From the IMG/VR virus record IMGVR_UViG_3300013280_000006, positions 18,892 through 82,891 of that record: a stretch of DNA of 64,000 bases. One strand, 5' to 3'. Origin of the DNA: a virus. Taxonomy: Duplodnaviria; Caudoviricetes. This document shows positions 7,467-16,342 of the stretch, in pieces (position 1 is the stretch's first letter; every line of letters starts with the position of its first letter). A program made the translations under genes and the position numbers. The notes under the pieces were generated by a model. The model did not search any database. It worked only from the letters and a program-made list of their open reading frames with translations, and was not told the origin of the DNA.

Positions 7467-8773
7467 TTTCTATCTTTCATTGCGACTGTACGCCCTGTTT
7501 CGAGCTGGTAGCCGACCCATAGATCAGAGCCTGGCTTTTGGTACAGTCTTGCTGATATTCGTGGATGCGCCAAGATGGTGATACACAGCTTTTCGCCATT
7601 ATGCTCTACACGCCAAGAGTTCTCAAAGTGAGAAGCGCCAGCTCCAATAGTACCATCTGGTCTAAACTCAAGTATTCTTGACCTACCGTCAACAACGTAC
7701 CAGAAGTGCTTGTATTTGTTGATGCGCGCCCGAAGCGCAACAGCAGATGGTTCCTCATCTGGGATACCCTTAAACACTATACCATCCCACTTAGAACGAA
7801 GTTCTTTGACGTACTGCAGACCATCACTTTCGTACAAGAATCCCGGTATCTTTATGTTGACTCCGTCGTATCTCCACTTATCGAGATTACGGTGTTGAAA
7901 GATCCGACGACCATCGAAGTCGTGCTGACACATCGTGAGTGAATTCCCGGTTACTGGAAGCTGTTGAATGGGGAATGGAACCATGGAGTACTTCGAATCG
8001 TACATCCTCCAGGCCATATGGTATGTCTCTTTATCACCCCATACATGCCGATAGTAGAAGTCGCTATGTTCGTTGAGGTGCATAGTGAGCGCGAGCTCTT
8101 TCCATCGTCGAGCTTTGTTAACCACGATCTGACCACTTTCAAACTCTTCCTCATCTCTGTACTCAACCCGACAGATCTTCCATATTGAACGATCAGGGGC
8201 GAGGCGTAAGTAGTCGGGCCAGAAGATAGCCCCGGTCTCTTTGTACTGCGGAGTATCGAACAAAAATTCTGGATTTACTAGTGGAAAGTTATCAGCGTCA
8301 AGAAACAATACTTCCTCAAACCGACTGTGAATAATCGAGTATGGGTTTAGTTCCCAGCCATTCAAGATACGGCAAGGGTGCTCTTTACGCTTTTGGTAAG
8401 CATCAATGCAAGTAACGCCGAGAGGTCTTACGAGCTCGACCATTTCTTTGTTCATTTCATATGGACCAAGATACCAGAACTCTACTGGTAATTTGCATCC
8501 AAGTTCTCTAAGGCGACGCACTGCAACGTAGGCACACGTAAAGTACGTCTGACCACCAGCACACATCACGATACCGCGTCCTTTATACTTATTTCTAGGG
8601 TACGGAGACGTCGAGCGCATGACCTCTTGGGCTTTGTTTTGGTAATCCTGAAAGATCTCCTCTTGTGTTTTTGTTGCTGTAGAAGACGTCATGGTAGCCT
8701 TTCGCGCTGCTTGTGCGCCCTTTCTCTCTAGGACCTGTAAATAAAAACGAGAATTTCTATTTTCAACAGACAT
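7463..8773 (-). CDS. GT71 (MNN2/Mannosyl_trans3-like) glycosyltransferase with extra C-terminal domain
   Basis: GRGIVMCAGG, SRFEEVLFLDADNFPLVNPEFLF, GAIFWPDY, ESGQIVVNK, WGDKET motifs. Confidence 0.85.
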   Translation of the reverse strand: MSVENRNSRFYLQVLERKGAQAARKATMTSSTATKTQEEIFQDYQNKAQEVMRSTSPYPRNKYKGRGIVMCAGGQTYFTCAYVAVRRLRELGCKLPVEFWYLGPYEMNKEMVELVRPLGVTCIDAYQKRKEHPCRILNGWELNPYSIIHSRFEEVLFLDADNFPLVNPEFLFDTPQYKETGAIFWPDYLRLAPDRSIWKICRVEYRDEEEFESGQIVVNKARRWKELALTMHLNEHSDFYYRHVWGDKETYHMAWRMYDSKYSMVPFPIQQLPVTGNSLTMCQHDFDGRRIFQHRNLDKWRYDGVNIKIPGFLYESDGLQYVKELRSKWDGIVFKGIPDEEPSAVALRARINKYKHFWYVVDGRSRILEFRPDGTIGAGASHFENSWRVEHNGEKLCITILAHPRISARLYQKPGSDLWVGYQLETGRTVAMKDRK

Positions 8774-9732
8774 TAGATGCTCTCGAATATACGATCAAAA
8801 AAAGATAAACAAGCACCATCATCAATCTCAGGTCTTAATGAATCGTTGATTAAGTACGGCTGCCTGAACATCTCGTCGTACTTAGCTTTATTGTTGTCTA
8901 ATTCAATGATGTGTTCGATTAGGTCTTGCTCGTCACGATAATTTGGGTAGAACAAAAATGATTTTGTATTAAAGTGTTTTCCTATATTTGGGTCACCCCA
9001 GTAAATGGGCATTGTGCGAGACATCATTGCATCTACGATTTTTTCTGACGTATATCCAGGAACACTGGTATTCTCAAAACAGATATTAAACTTAAATTGC
9101 CTCAGATACCGTCGCTTTGATTCGCTATGTGTCTCGCCTTCCAGCGTTCTAATGATAGGTGTGTTAACGTATCCGTGACGTACAAGATTACCAGGACAAT
9201 GCACGAACTTATACTTCATCAATTTTTCAAAAAACCTAATTCTAAACTCTGCCATATAGTTACTGAATACTATGCAGCAAAACTCCGGCCTGTCCCATGA
9301 GGAAGACTCGTCAGGCTTTTTTACGATAGCTCTAAATCTATCAGCAGACTGCCATCGCAGATATACGGACCATGCCGGAATATTGAAGTGACGGTCATTT
9401 GCAATTCCGTCTGGTGTGTTCTCTGAATTCGATAGGTAGTAGTCAAACATACCGATGCATGGAACACCAACTTCTAAGGTATATAGCACCTTTATAGAGT
9501 CTTTGGGTATTAGATGATAAATACCGGCTACTCCGCGCGGGGCTTCAGGTGGCAGCACATGCCCATCTGCGTACACAGAACAGAGCGATACCTGTGGCTT
9601 GTCGCTAAGCACTAATTCATACTTATCCTCTAAATACGGATGCATACGGAGAAAATCGTCCGGAACAAAAGGCTTAAAGTAGCATCCACCCCACCAACCA
9701 TAGTAATTTACAAGGATTTTTTTACGTGCCAT
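8773..9732 (-). CDS. GT10 alpha-1,3-fucosyltransferase-like glycosyltransferase
   Basis: FCCIVFSN and FKFNICFENTSVPGYTSEKIVDAMMSRTMPIYWG motifs; start at ATG 9732 with GGAG SD. Confidence 0.9.
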   Translation of the reverse strand: MARKKILVNYYGWWGGCYFKPFVPDDFLRMHPYLEDKYELVLSDKPQVSLCSVYADGHVLPPEAPRGVAGIYHLIPKDSIKVLYTLEVGVPCIGMFDYYLSNSENTPDGIANDRHFNIPAWSVYLRWQSADRFRAIVKKPDESSSWDRPEFCCIVFSNYMAEFRIRFFEKLMKYKFVHCPGNLVRHGYVNTPIIRTLEGETHSESKRRYLRQFKFNICFENTSVPGYTSEKIVDAMMSRTMPIYWGDPNIGKHFNTKSFLFYPNYRDEQDLIEHIIELDNNKAKYDEMFRQPYLINDSLRPEIDDGACLSFFDRIFESI

Positions 9733-10828
9733 TACGATCTCCAAATTGCTTACACAGCTCACGTACAGCGTTTATGACGTGATTTTGTTTATCTCGCTCA
9801 AGTGTAGGGTACGACGGCAGCATTACACACTCTCTTGAAAGTAGTACTCCGGTCTCTTCGCCGTTTACCAGTTGGTAGCGATTAGTCATACACTTGTGCA
9901 CACTCACTGGATAGAACAAAGGTCTGCACTCAATATTTTGAGAGTTTAGATAATCTCGAATTGCTGCATAGCTTGGAGACCCTAACAACCTAACAGCAAA
10001 AATCCAGTTCTCACTAACTGTGTCAGCCTCTTGGAGTTGTAGCTTAATTTGTGGGTGATCGTGAAAGGCTTGCTTATAGTGATCAAACACGTTCTTCTTT
10101 TGTTCTCGTATTATCTTAATGTCCTCTAGCTGTCCACACAACAACGCAGCTTGGACATTTGTCATTCTGTAGTTGTACCCCTGCTCTGAATGAATGTAGC
10201 TTTGTTTCGACTGACCCTGTCCGTGTAGTAACTTGGCGTATTCATAGATGTCGTAATTATTGGTGACCAGAGCCCCGCCCTCACCACTTGTTATTGTTTT
10301 ATTTGCAAAGAATGACAACGCGCCACAATCCGCATAACTACATATTGGAGTATTTTCGTAAGACCCAGACAGCGCTTCGCACGCATCTTCAAATATATGG
10401 ATATCTGGACGACAACGAAGTATTCTGCGAATATTTACCGTATTTCCGATATTGTGTACAACGAGCAGAACACTATTAATCGGAATGTGTGTCTCGGTTG
10501 GTAGTCTATTCCATGTCTGCGGATCCACTTGCTCAATATGTAGTTTTTCTTGGTGATCAATGAAGCCGTTCCAAGCCGCTACATACACGTTATTTGGTGC
10601 AAACACCGAGCTTGATGGGTACAGTTTGTTTGCGATTTTGCCCATCAAGTAGCAGGCAGCCGTTCCGCTGTTAAGAACTAAGGCATGCTTAATCTTGAGT
10701 AATTCGCACAGCAGATCTTGTGCTTTTTCTCGGTATTTACCTAGATAAGATACATAGCCAGATTCAATAGCCTCAATTGCGTATTTCTTAGATCTTTCAG
10801 TTAAGCTTGGAATATAGATAGGTATCAT
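9722..10828 (-). CDS. DegT/DnrJ/EryC1/StrS sugar aminotransferase (perosamine synthase-like)
   Basis: NSGTAA, EDACEA, SFFANKTITSGEGG (PLP Lys), GYNYRMTNVQAA, LPSYP; start ATG 10828 coupled to the upstream TGA. Confidence 0.92.
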   Translation of the reverse strand: MIPIYIPSLTERSKKYAIEAIESGYVSYLGKYREKAQDLLCELLKIKHALVLNSGTAACYLMGKIANKLYPSSSVFAPNNVYVAAWNGFIDHQEKLHIEQVDPQTWNRLPTETHIPINSVLLVVHNIGNTVNIRRILRCRPDIHIFEDACEALSGSYENTPICSYADCGALSFFANKTITSGEGGALVTNNYDIYEYAKLLHGQGQSKQSYIHSEQGYNYRMTNVQAALLCGQLEDIKIIREQKKNVFDHYKQAFHDHPQIKLQLQEADTVSENWIFAVRLLGSPSYAAIRDYLNSQNIECRPLFYPVSVHKCMTNRYQLVNGEETGVLLSRECVMLPSYPTLERDKQNHVINAVRELCKQFGDRNGT

Positions 10829-11391
10829 TTCTTTCTTCCGACGACCCCAACTGTGACGATATTGTGAATATTTCCATCGCAATAGGCAACTATGTTAAGA
10901 TCAAACAAATCAGAAAAAAGTAACTCAAAGCCATCTGGGCTAATACGCCATAGATCTGGTTTTGGGCTGTGCCATATGAACTTAAATGGGGTTGTCACGA
11001 AAAACTGTCCACCAGGTTTAAGTAACGTATGCCAAAGCTTTGGGACTTCCCAGATCTTAGTTGTGTGTTCTAGAACCTCTAAAGCAATTAGACTATTAAA
11101 GGTATTCTTTAATTGCTTCGTGTCAAGATCCAGCATATCACATGAATACGTTAAATTGGGGTCTTGCATCCGATCCACAGAACTGTACTGCCCACCTCTG
11201 GCTGTGACATAGTCACGAATTGGAACAACCAGACTAGGTTCTGGTGATAGTGACGGAATAGCCGGACCTACTTCTAGGGTGTTGCCAGTCACCAGCGGCT
11301 TAATAAATTCACTGGAAAAATCGTAGACGTTTTTCCTGAGATCGTATATTTCGTTATTTGTGCGAGCCATCATTCTTACGTCGAGGGACAT
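10825..11391 (-). CDS. Class I SAM-dependent methyltransferase
   Basis: LEVGP, LEVLEH, LKPGGQFFVTTPF. Confidence 0.85.
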   Translation of the reverse strand: MSLDVRMMARTNNEIYDLRKNVYDFSSEFIKPLVTGNTLEVGPAIPSLSPEPSLVVPIRDYVTARGGQYSSVDRMQDPNLTYSCDMLDLDTKQLKNTFNSLIALEVLEHTTKIWEVPKLWHTLLKPGGQFFVTTPFKFIWHSPKPDLWRISPDGFELLFSDLFDLNIVAYCDGNIHNIVTVGVVGRKK

Positions 11392-11719
11392 TTATCTTCC
11401 TTTGCACTTTTTTCCATGAAGTAAATTGTACAGCTCTATCGTCAACAAAATACTCAGCCTGCGGCTTACCACACATCAGCATGTCATATTTAAATTTATG
11501 GTGTTTTAGCCAGCGAGTAGTCGAGCGCCACTCGCTCCAGCAACGTGCTGTGTAGAAGATGATATAAAACTCACGATAGAGCCTATTGCACGTTACAACA
11601 GCGCTCTTTATCGGTCTTAGGCGAGTTCCAAGTTCTTGTCGTTTTCTGTAGGAAACTTCGGAACAGACCGTACCATCAAGGTCAATCACTAGTCTCGGTA
11701 ATTTGGCTCTCGTTGACAT
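11354..11719 (-). CDS. HAD-superfamily phosphatase (capsule-biosynthesis type)
   Basis: IDLDGTV, FYTAR, GKP, VDDRA motifs. Confidence 0.85.
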   Translation of the reverse strand: MSTRAKLPRLVIDLDGTVCSEVSYRKRQELGTRLRPIKSAVVTCNRLYREFYIIFYTARCWSEWRSTTRWLKHHKFKYDMLMCGKPQAEYFVDDRAVQFTSWKKVQRKINVPRRKNDGSHK

Positions 11720-12665
11720 AGTACTCTGAATGGTACCGAATCATACGCACTCCGCCTACCCCCACGTCAAAAGTTCTAGGCGACTCTTCGTACAGAACTT
11801 GGTTAATGTACTTAGCTACATTCAGCCCTACATGAATGCTCAAAACAACTCCGCCTCCGAAGCGTGCATTAATTTCGAACACTTTAAATGAATCACTCAA
11901 ATGAGACCCGAAAAACTGTACACAAAGTGGTCCGACGACCTTCAGCTTTAGACCTAGTTCGCTGAGGAACGAAAATAAGGCTTTAAACTGTCTGGACTTC
12001 CGGTTGTTGAACACCGGGCATGTCTTGCTGTCTACGACTTCGCCGCCCTCTACGCGCGTTCGTTGACGAACACACAAACCCACAATTTGATTATCGATAC
12101 CGAAAAAAACATCACAAGACATTTCTACTAATGCACTATCTACGCTGCAGTCTAATTGTACGACGTTGTTTTGGTCTAACTGTAAAAGATTCAACTCGTC
12201 TTTTGTAACATTTGCTTTATACACCCCTCGACTGCTTCGACCGTAGCGCGGTTTGACGACTACAGCCCCGGGAGCAGCTTTTGGGTAGTATTCCTCGAAC
12301 TCCTGAAGCATGAAACGTTCGAATTCTCTCTTGTCGTAGGCTGTAACCGTGCTCTCGTGTGACCCTACCAACGGAATTACATTTTTATTGCAATTTGTTT
12401 GTTTTTCATTTGCTAGTAATACTGTTAAGTTATCCATAAGAGGGATGACACAAATTTTGTTATTTCGCGTATTCGCTAGCAACCTTTTGATAAAGGTTTT
12501 GTCGTCATTACCGTAGTGTGCTGAATTGTGAACTTTACAGCTATCAATTACATCTAATGGAGTATTATCCGAATTCTCCAGAGACTCAACCTTAAAGTAC
12601 TGGGACAAATACCGTGCAAACGACACCCGTCTACCGGCACCTAAAAGTAATACCGAGTCTCTCAT
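11682..12665 (-). CDS. ATP-grasp ligase
   Basis: VVKPRYGRSSRGV, EMSCD, FEINARFGGG. Confidence 0.88.
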   Translation of the reverse strand: MRDSVLLLGAGRRVSFARYLSQYFKVESLENSDNTPLDVIDSCKVHNSAHYGNDDKTFIKRLLANTRNNKICVIPLMDNLTVLLANEKQTNCNKNVIPLVGSHESTVTAYDKREFERFMLQEFEEYYPKAAPGAVVVKPRYGRSSRGVYKANVTKDELNLLQLDQNNVVQLDCSVDSALVEMSCDVFFGIDNQIVGLCVRQRTRVEGGEVVDSKTCPVFNNRKSRQFKALFSFLSELGLKLKVVGPLCVQFFGSHLSDSFKVFEINARFGGGVVLSIHVGLNVAKYINQVLYEESPRTFDVGVGGVRMIRYHSEYYVNESQITETSD

Positions 12666-12667
12666 GA

Positions 12668-13552
12668 TTAATCCCTCGTGTGACAGTACACAGCATCTAG
12701 CATTTTTTGTTTATTGTGTACTGCGCATACGTCAAACAAAGGATTTGGTAAAACGGAATTTAAACCAAAGTCATGAATTCCGTTCATGTTTGAGTCTGCT
12801 AAACTTAAAAAATATACCTTATTATCAATCGAGAGCTTGTTGATACCGAAGACCGCAGCTCCGGAACATCGATGAATGACAAGTCTAGACTTCGTGATTA
12901 AATAACCATTTTCATTCAAATCAAACCGAAGTTCTCCACAGTACTTTCTGATTAATTGACGCGTGTAGATTACGTTATCTAACTTGAGTTGATCTTCAAA
13001 ATTAGACACTAGAAAAGTAATTCCGGGAAACTCATTAGCCAGCTCTGTAATGGTAGGATTCATGTCAAAGTTATTAGATTGTCCACTATTCACTTCTCCA
13101 TTGGAGATGAATACCAGCTTTCTACTCTTGATCCACTCATCAAGACCAAATACGTTCAAAGCATTGAAATCTATGTAAGGCACGTATTCTGTAATATTTC
13201 TTAGGTTGAATCCGTATTGTTTCAACTCTGAAAATAGATTGTACAAACAACTGATGGTTGTTCCGTGGGCTCCGTAGTGTCGTCCATGGCTAGCGCAGTA
13301 CCAGGTATTTATATACAATTTTCCAGAATCCACCCAACTCCCACGACTTTCTACCCCTGGCGTCTTGAGTTCATCTAACAACCCATAGTACGACTTTAGT
13401 TGTTTTATGTCCTTGAGTACATCTGGGTGATTGCGGTGCCAGTACTCGTACGACATATTTGGAAACTGTGCAATAATATCACGAACAAATGTTCGAGAGA
13501 CATGCACGTCTCCGTTATGAAAATGACTGTAGAAAATAATCTTGCTAAACAT
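12668..13552 (-). CDS. Hypothetical protein, possibly GT-B-fold glycosyltransferase-like
   Basis: N-terminal FHNGDVHVSR resembles the GD motif at the start of GT9 proteins; lies within the glycan island. Confidence 0.5.
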   Translation of the reverse strand: MFSKIIFYSHFHNGDVHVSRTFVRDIIAQFPNMSYEYWHRNHPDVLKDIKQLKSYYGLLDELKTPGVESRGSWVDSGKLYINTWYCASHGRHYGAHGTTISCLYNLFSELKQYGFNLRNITEYVPYIDFNALNVFGLDEWIKSRKLVFISNGEVNSGQSNNFDMNPTITELANEFPGITFLVSNFEDQLKLDNVIYTRQLIRKYCGELRFDLNENGYLITKSRLVIHRCSGAAVFGINKLSIDNKVYFLSLADSNMNGIHDFGLNSVLPNPLFDVCAVHNKQKMLDAVYCHTRD

Positions 13553-13553
13553 A

Positions 13554-13856
13554 CTAATATGTCTTATGTTGATCTTTAGGGTAGTTGCTTAGGTCAGCCC
13601 CCGCAACTGCAACTGCGATCAACTTTAGCAACTCTCTATCAATCTCTGTAATAAGATCATTTCTCTGAACATTTAAATCGCATGCTTTTTTTAGTGTCGT
13701 ATGCAGTTTTCTAAGCTTTTCATCATCTCCGCTATACGCTTTTTTAAACTCATCAAAAGACATTCGTCTGATTTGATAAATGTCCTCTTGAGCATTCCAC
13801 ATCTTGGTGTCTACTGTAAATAGTTTATCGATCAATTGTCCGACTGTATCTGCCAT
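13554..13856 (-). CDS. DUF4254-like small helical protein
   Basis: DTVGQLIDKL...KMW...DLNVQRNDLITEID pattern. Confidence 0.6.
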   Translation of the reverse strand: MADTVGQLIDKLFTVDTKMWNAQEDIYQIRRMSFDEFKKAYSGDDEKLRKLHTTLKKACDLNVQRNDLITEIDRELLKLIAVAVAGADLSNYPKDQHKTY

Positions 13857-13874
13857 CGCTATGTCCTTTATTTG

Positions 13875-14861
13875 TTACTTCAAAACTGGAAGGGCAACTA
13901 CATCAGGTTTAAACATGTAATCCTCGATGGCTTCAATTACCTTATTCGGAGTAACCATATCCATACACTGCGGAACTCTGAGCATATTAGAAACCTGCAC
14001 CGGACGCAAACAAAGTTCTGTAGTGTTATACATACTCGCATCTTTTACTAACTGACAACGTCTTGCCCAGCATGGGCGATCTGCACAGCAGTCCAGAAGT
14101 CCAATTGTATGTAAGTAACGCTGCCCCGGATAACTGTTCCAAGACGGTGGCTCTCGTCCACCGGCGGTTACCACACATGGTTTATTTCTTTCATTTGGGT
14201 GTTGCTTAGGCAGCGCAGCCATTATATGCATTAAAGCGGTAATTGGACATACAGCCCCTTCGCTGTGATATGCGAGCGAGATCAGCTGACGTAGATTAGT
14301 TTGGTTGATTTTATTAACAGTGCCAGGAATTGGAAACTGAATGTGTGGCGGTGTCTCTTTGCTGTCAGCTCGTCCAACCTGGATAAATGTTATTTTGTTC
14401 TTGAAGTGTTCCACTACCTTAGCTGCGTGCAATGGATTCCACCACTTTGTTGTAAAGTCCGTCTTGCCGCCACAAACTATGAGCCAGTAGGGTCCATCAG
14501 GCAAATCACGTGGTCGCACCTTTTCCTCTTCGGATAAATGCAAGTCGCCGCCAAATCGAGTCGGCTCTATCCTAATGTTATACTTTTTAAATAGCAGCTC
14601 ATGCATTGCATGTACGAACGGTGTACCAGAGTTCACGCTGTTTAACAGCACAGGGCGGTAGTCAAACTTGATCACATTCTGAGCAGTATCATGTGCGCTG
14701 AGAAGTTTAGTTACGTGCGGATTGTTGTCAAATATCTCGCGATGACGACACTGTACGTAGATAGGCAGCTCCGGTCTGGCTATCCGCAGATCACGTACGA
14801 CGGATGTAATTGGGATAACATCACCTGGAGCCAGAAAACATGAAAACGTGATCGCATTCAT
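13875..14861 (-). CDS. GT9 (ADP-heptose transferase-like) glycosyltransferase with C-terminal Cys cluster
   Basis: APGDV, EIFDNNPHV, GDLHLSEEE, NQTNLRQLISL, TALMHIMAAL, CC...CW...C...C...C tail. Confidence 0.85.
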   Translation of the reverse strand: MNAITFSCFLAPGDVIPITSVVRDLRIARPELPIYVQCRHREIFDNNPHVTKLLSAHDTAQNVIKFDYRPVLLNSVNSGTPFVHAMHELLFKKYNIRIEPTRFGGDLHLSEEEKVRPRDLPDGPYWLIVCGGKTDFTTKWWNPLHAAKVVEHFKNKITFIQVGRADSKETPPHIQFPIPGTVNKINQTNLRQLISLAYHSEGAVCPITALMHIMAALPKQHPNERNKPCVVTAGGREPPSWNSYPGQRYLHTIGLLDCCADRPCWARRCQLVKDASMYNTTELCLRPVQVSNMLRVPQCMDMVTPNKVIEAIEDYMFKPDVVALPVLK

Positions 14862-15595
14862 TGTTGAATACCTGGTCCGTTCTCATCCTCTGGAAGAAAT
14901 TGAGGTGGAGTTCTCGGACATGTTGCTCTGGCGTAGTAAAGCTTGTTCGTTAGCTCTGCCTTTGATCTAGTTCCACAACCGCAGGCATTGCAAAAATACT
15001 TCATGGAATCTTTTTGCGGTACCACAAGCAACAGTGGGCAAGGTTTAGAATTATTAGACTTCGCCACTGTTTGTCCGTACTGCACTGTATCACCTTTGGT
15101 CACAGTTGGGTGCTCGTCTGACTGCAATAGTGTTATCGTATTTCCGACTCTTATGAAGTTATCACCAACGTCCTCAACGGTACCAGACACAGATGCAAAT
15201 GTACAGCCACCGGTTTTCGTGCACTTATCAAACCGAGAATCGAATACTTCTTTTGTAACCTTTGGGCCAGTTACTGCTGCTAGGTACTGCGCAATCTTGT
15301 GCAAAAACGGTGGAGGCTTCTTGTGTGGGGCAAGTTGATGCGGATGTTTGTGCTCTACGGGCTTAGGTATAGTTTGTACGGGATGTGTTGTAGGACGTGG
15401 CACCGGCACAGAAACATTGGTATTTTTTATTTTAGCTATCAACTCTTCTTCAGCTTTTCCATCTGAAGATTCTTTTATCACCCACACAGTTGGGGTAATC
15501 CACTCTAATTTATTTTTGATTTCCGCGATTTTCTCTGGATTGTCGGAGAACTTTGACAACATCAGATTAAACTGCGCAAGCGAGCCGATCTTCAT
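14858..15595 (-). CDS. Cys-motif protein, paralog A (R..C / CxxCGC / CP with hybrid-motif insert)
   Basis: SRFDKC, PCPL, FCNACGC, ATCPRTPPQF; paralog of 15614..16342. Confidence 0.75.
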   Translation of the reverse strand: MKIGSLAQFNLMLSKFSDNPEKIAEIKNKLEWITPTVWVIKESSDGKAEEELIAKIKNTNVSVPVPRPTTHPVQTIPKPVEHKHPHQLAPHKKPPPFLHKIAQYLAAVTGPKVTKEVFDSRFDKCTKTGGCTFASVSGTVEDVGDNFIRVGNTITLLQSDEHPTVTKGDTVQYGQTVAKSNNSKPCPLLLVVPQKDSMKYFCNACGCGTRSKAELTNKLYYARATCPRTPPQFLPEDENGPGIQQ

Positions 15596-15613
15596 TTGCC
15601 AATCCCTGATTAC

Positions 15614-16342
15614 CTATACTTTGATATTTGGACCATTCTCGTCTTCACTGGTAAACTGTGGCGGTGTTCTAGGGCAAGACACTCTTGCATAACGTAACTT
15701 GTTGTGTAACTCGGCTGGATCGCGTTGACCACAGCCACACCCGCTACAAAAATACTTTGTTGCACCCTTATGCTCGACTGTGGCCAATAACGGACATGGC
15801 TTTATGTTATTTGACTTAGCAACTGTTTGTCCGTATTTTACTTCCTGTCCAACCTCCACACAAGGAGTCTCATCTCTCTGCAGAAGCGTTAGCGTGGTTC
15901 CAACTTTAATAAAACCTTTACCAACAGCTTCAACTATGCCGTCCGTAGTTGCAAACGTACAGCCGCCCTCTTTGGTGCACTTTGACAGACGTTCCTGAAA
16001 AACCTCATCTCTTACTTGTGGGCCTGTAATGGTTGCTACGTACTGTAGAACCTTTGACACAAACGGAGGCGGTTTATCGTATGTAGTGATATTGCCGAAC
16101 GGTTGTTCTTGTGTGTGTTTTTTAACAGGTTTTGCGTCCGTCGCTGGACACTGCGCGTATACCTCAGTTTTTGTGAGCTTTGCTAGCTTTTCTAACTCAG
16201 TTGGACCGTCGCCGTCCTCTGGTAAGTACCAGATGTCTGCGTTAGCCCACCTCAACTTTCCACGAAGCTCTTCAAGTTGCTTTGGGTTTTTTTGTAGCTT
16301 TTGCTCGATGAATGTAAGCTGAGCAGCTGTTCCGAATTTCAT
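15614..16342 (-). CDS. Cys-motif protein, paralog B
   Basis: ERLSKC, PCPL, FCSGCGC, VSCPRTPPQF; ATG 16342 overlaps the upstream TGA and aligns with the paralog A start. Confidence 0.75.
   Translation of the reverse strand: MKFGTAAQLTFIEQKLQKNPKQLEELRGKLRWANADIWYLPEDGDGPTELEKLAKLTKTEVYAQCPATDAKPVKKHTQEQPFGNITTYDKPPPFVSKVLQYVATITGPQVRDEVFQERLSKCTKEGGCTFATTDGIVEAVGKGFIKVGTTLTLLQRDETPCVEVGQEVKYGQTVAKSNNIKPCPLLATVEHKGATKYFCSGCGCGQRDPAELHNKLRYARVSCPRTPPQFTSEDENGPNIKV

Noticed and set aside
7620-7634. Third TTCTCA/TGAGAA palindrome
   Set aside because: 3-nt spacer instead of 4 and inside a coding region; likely chance.
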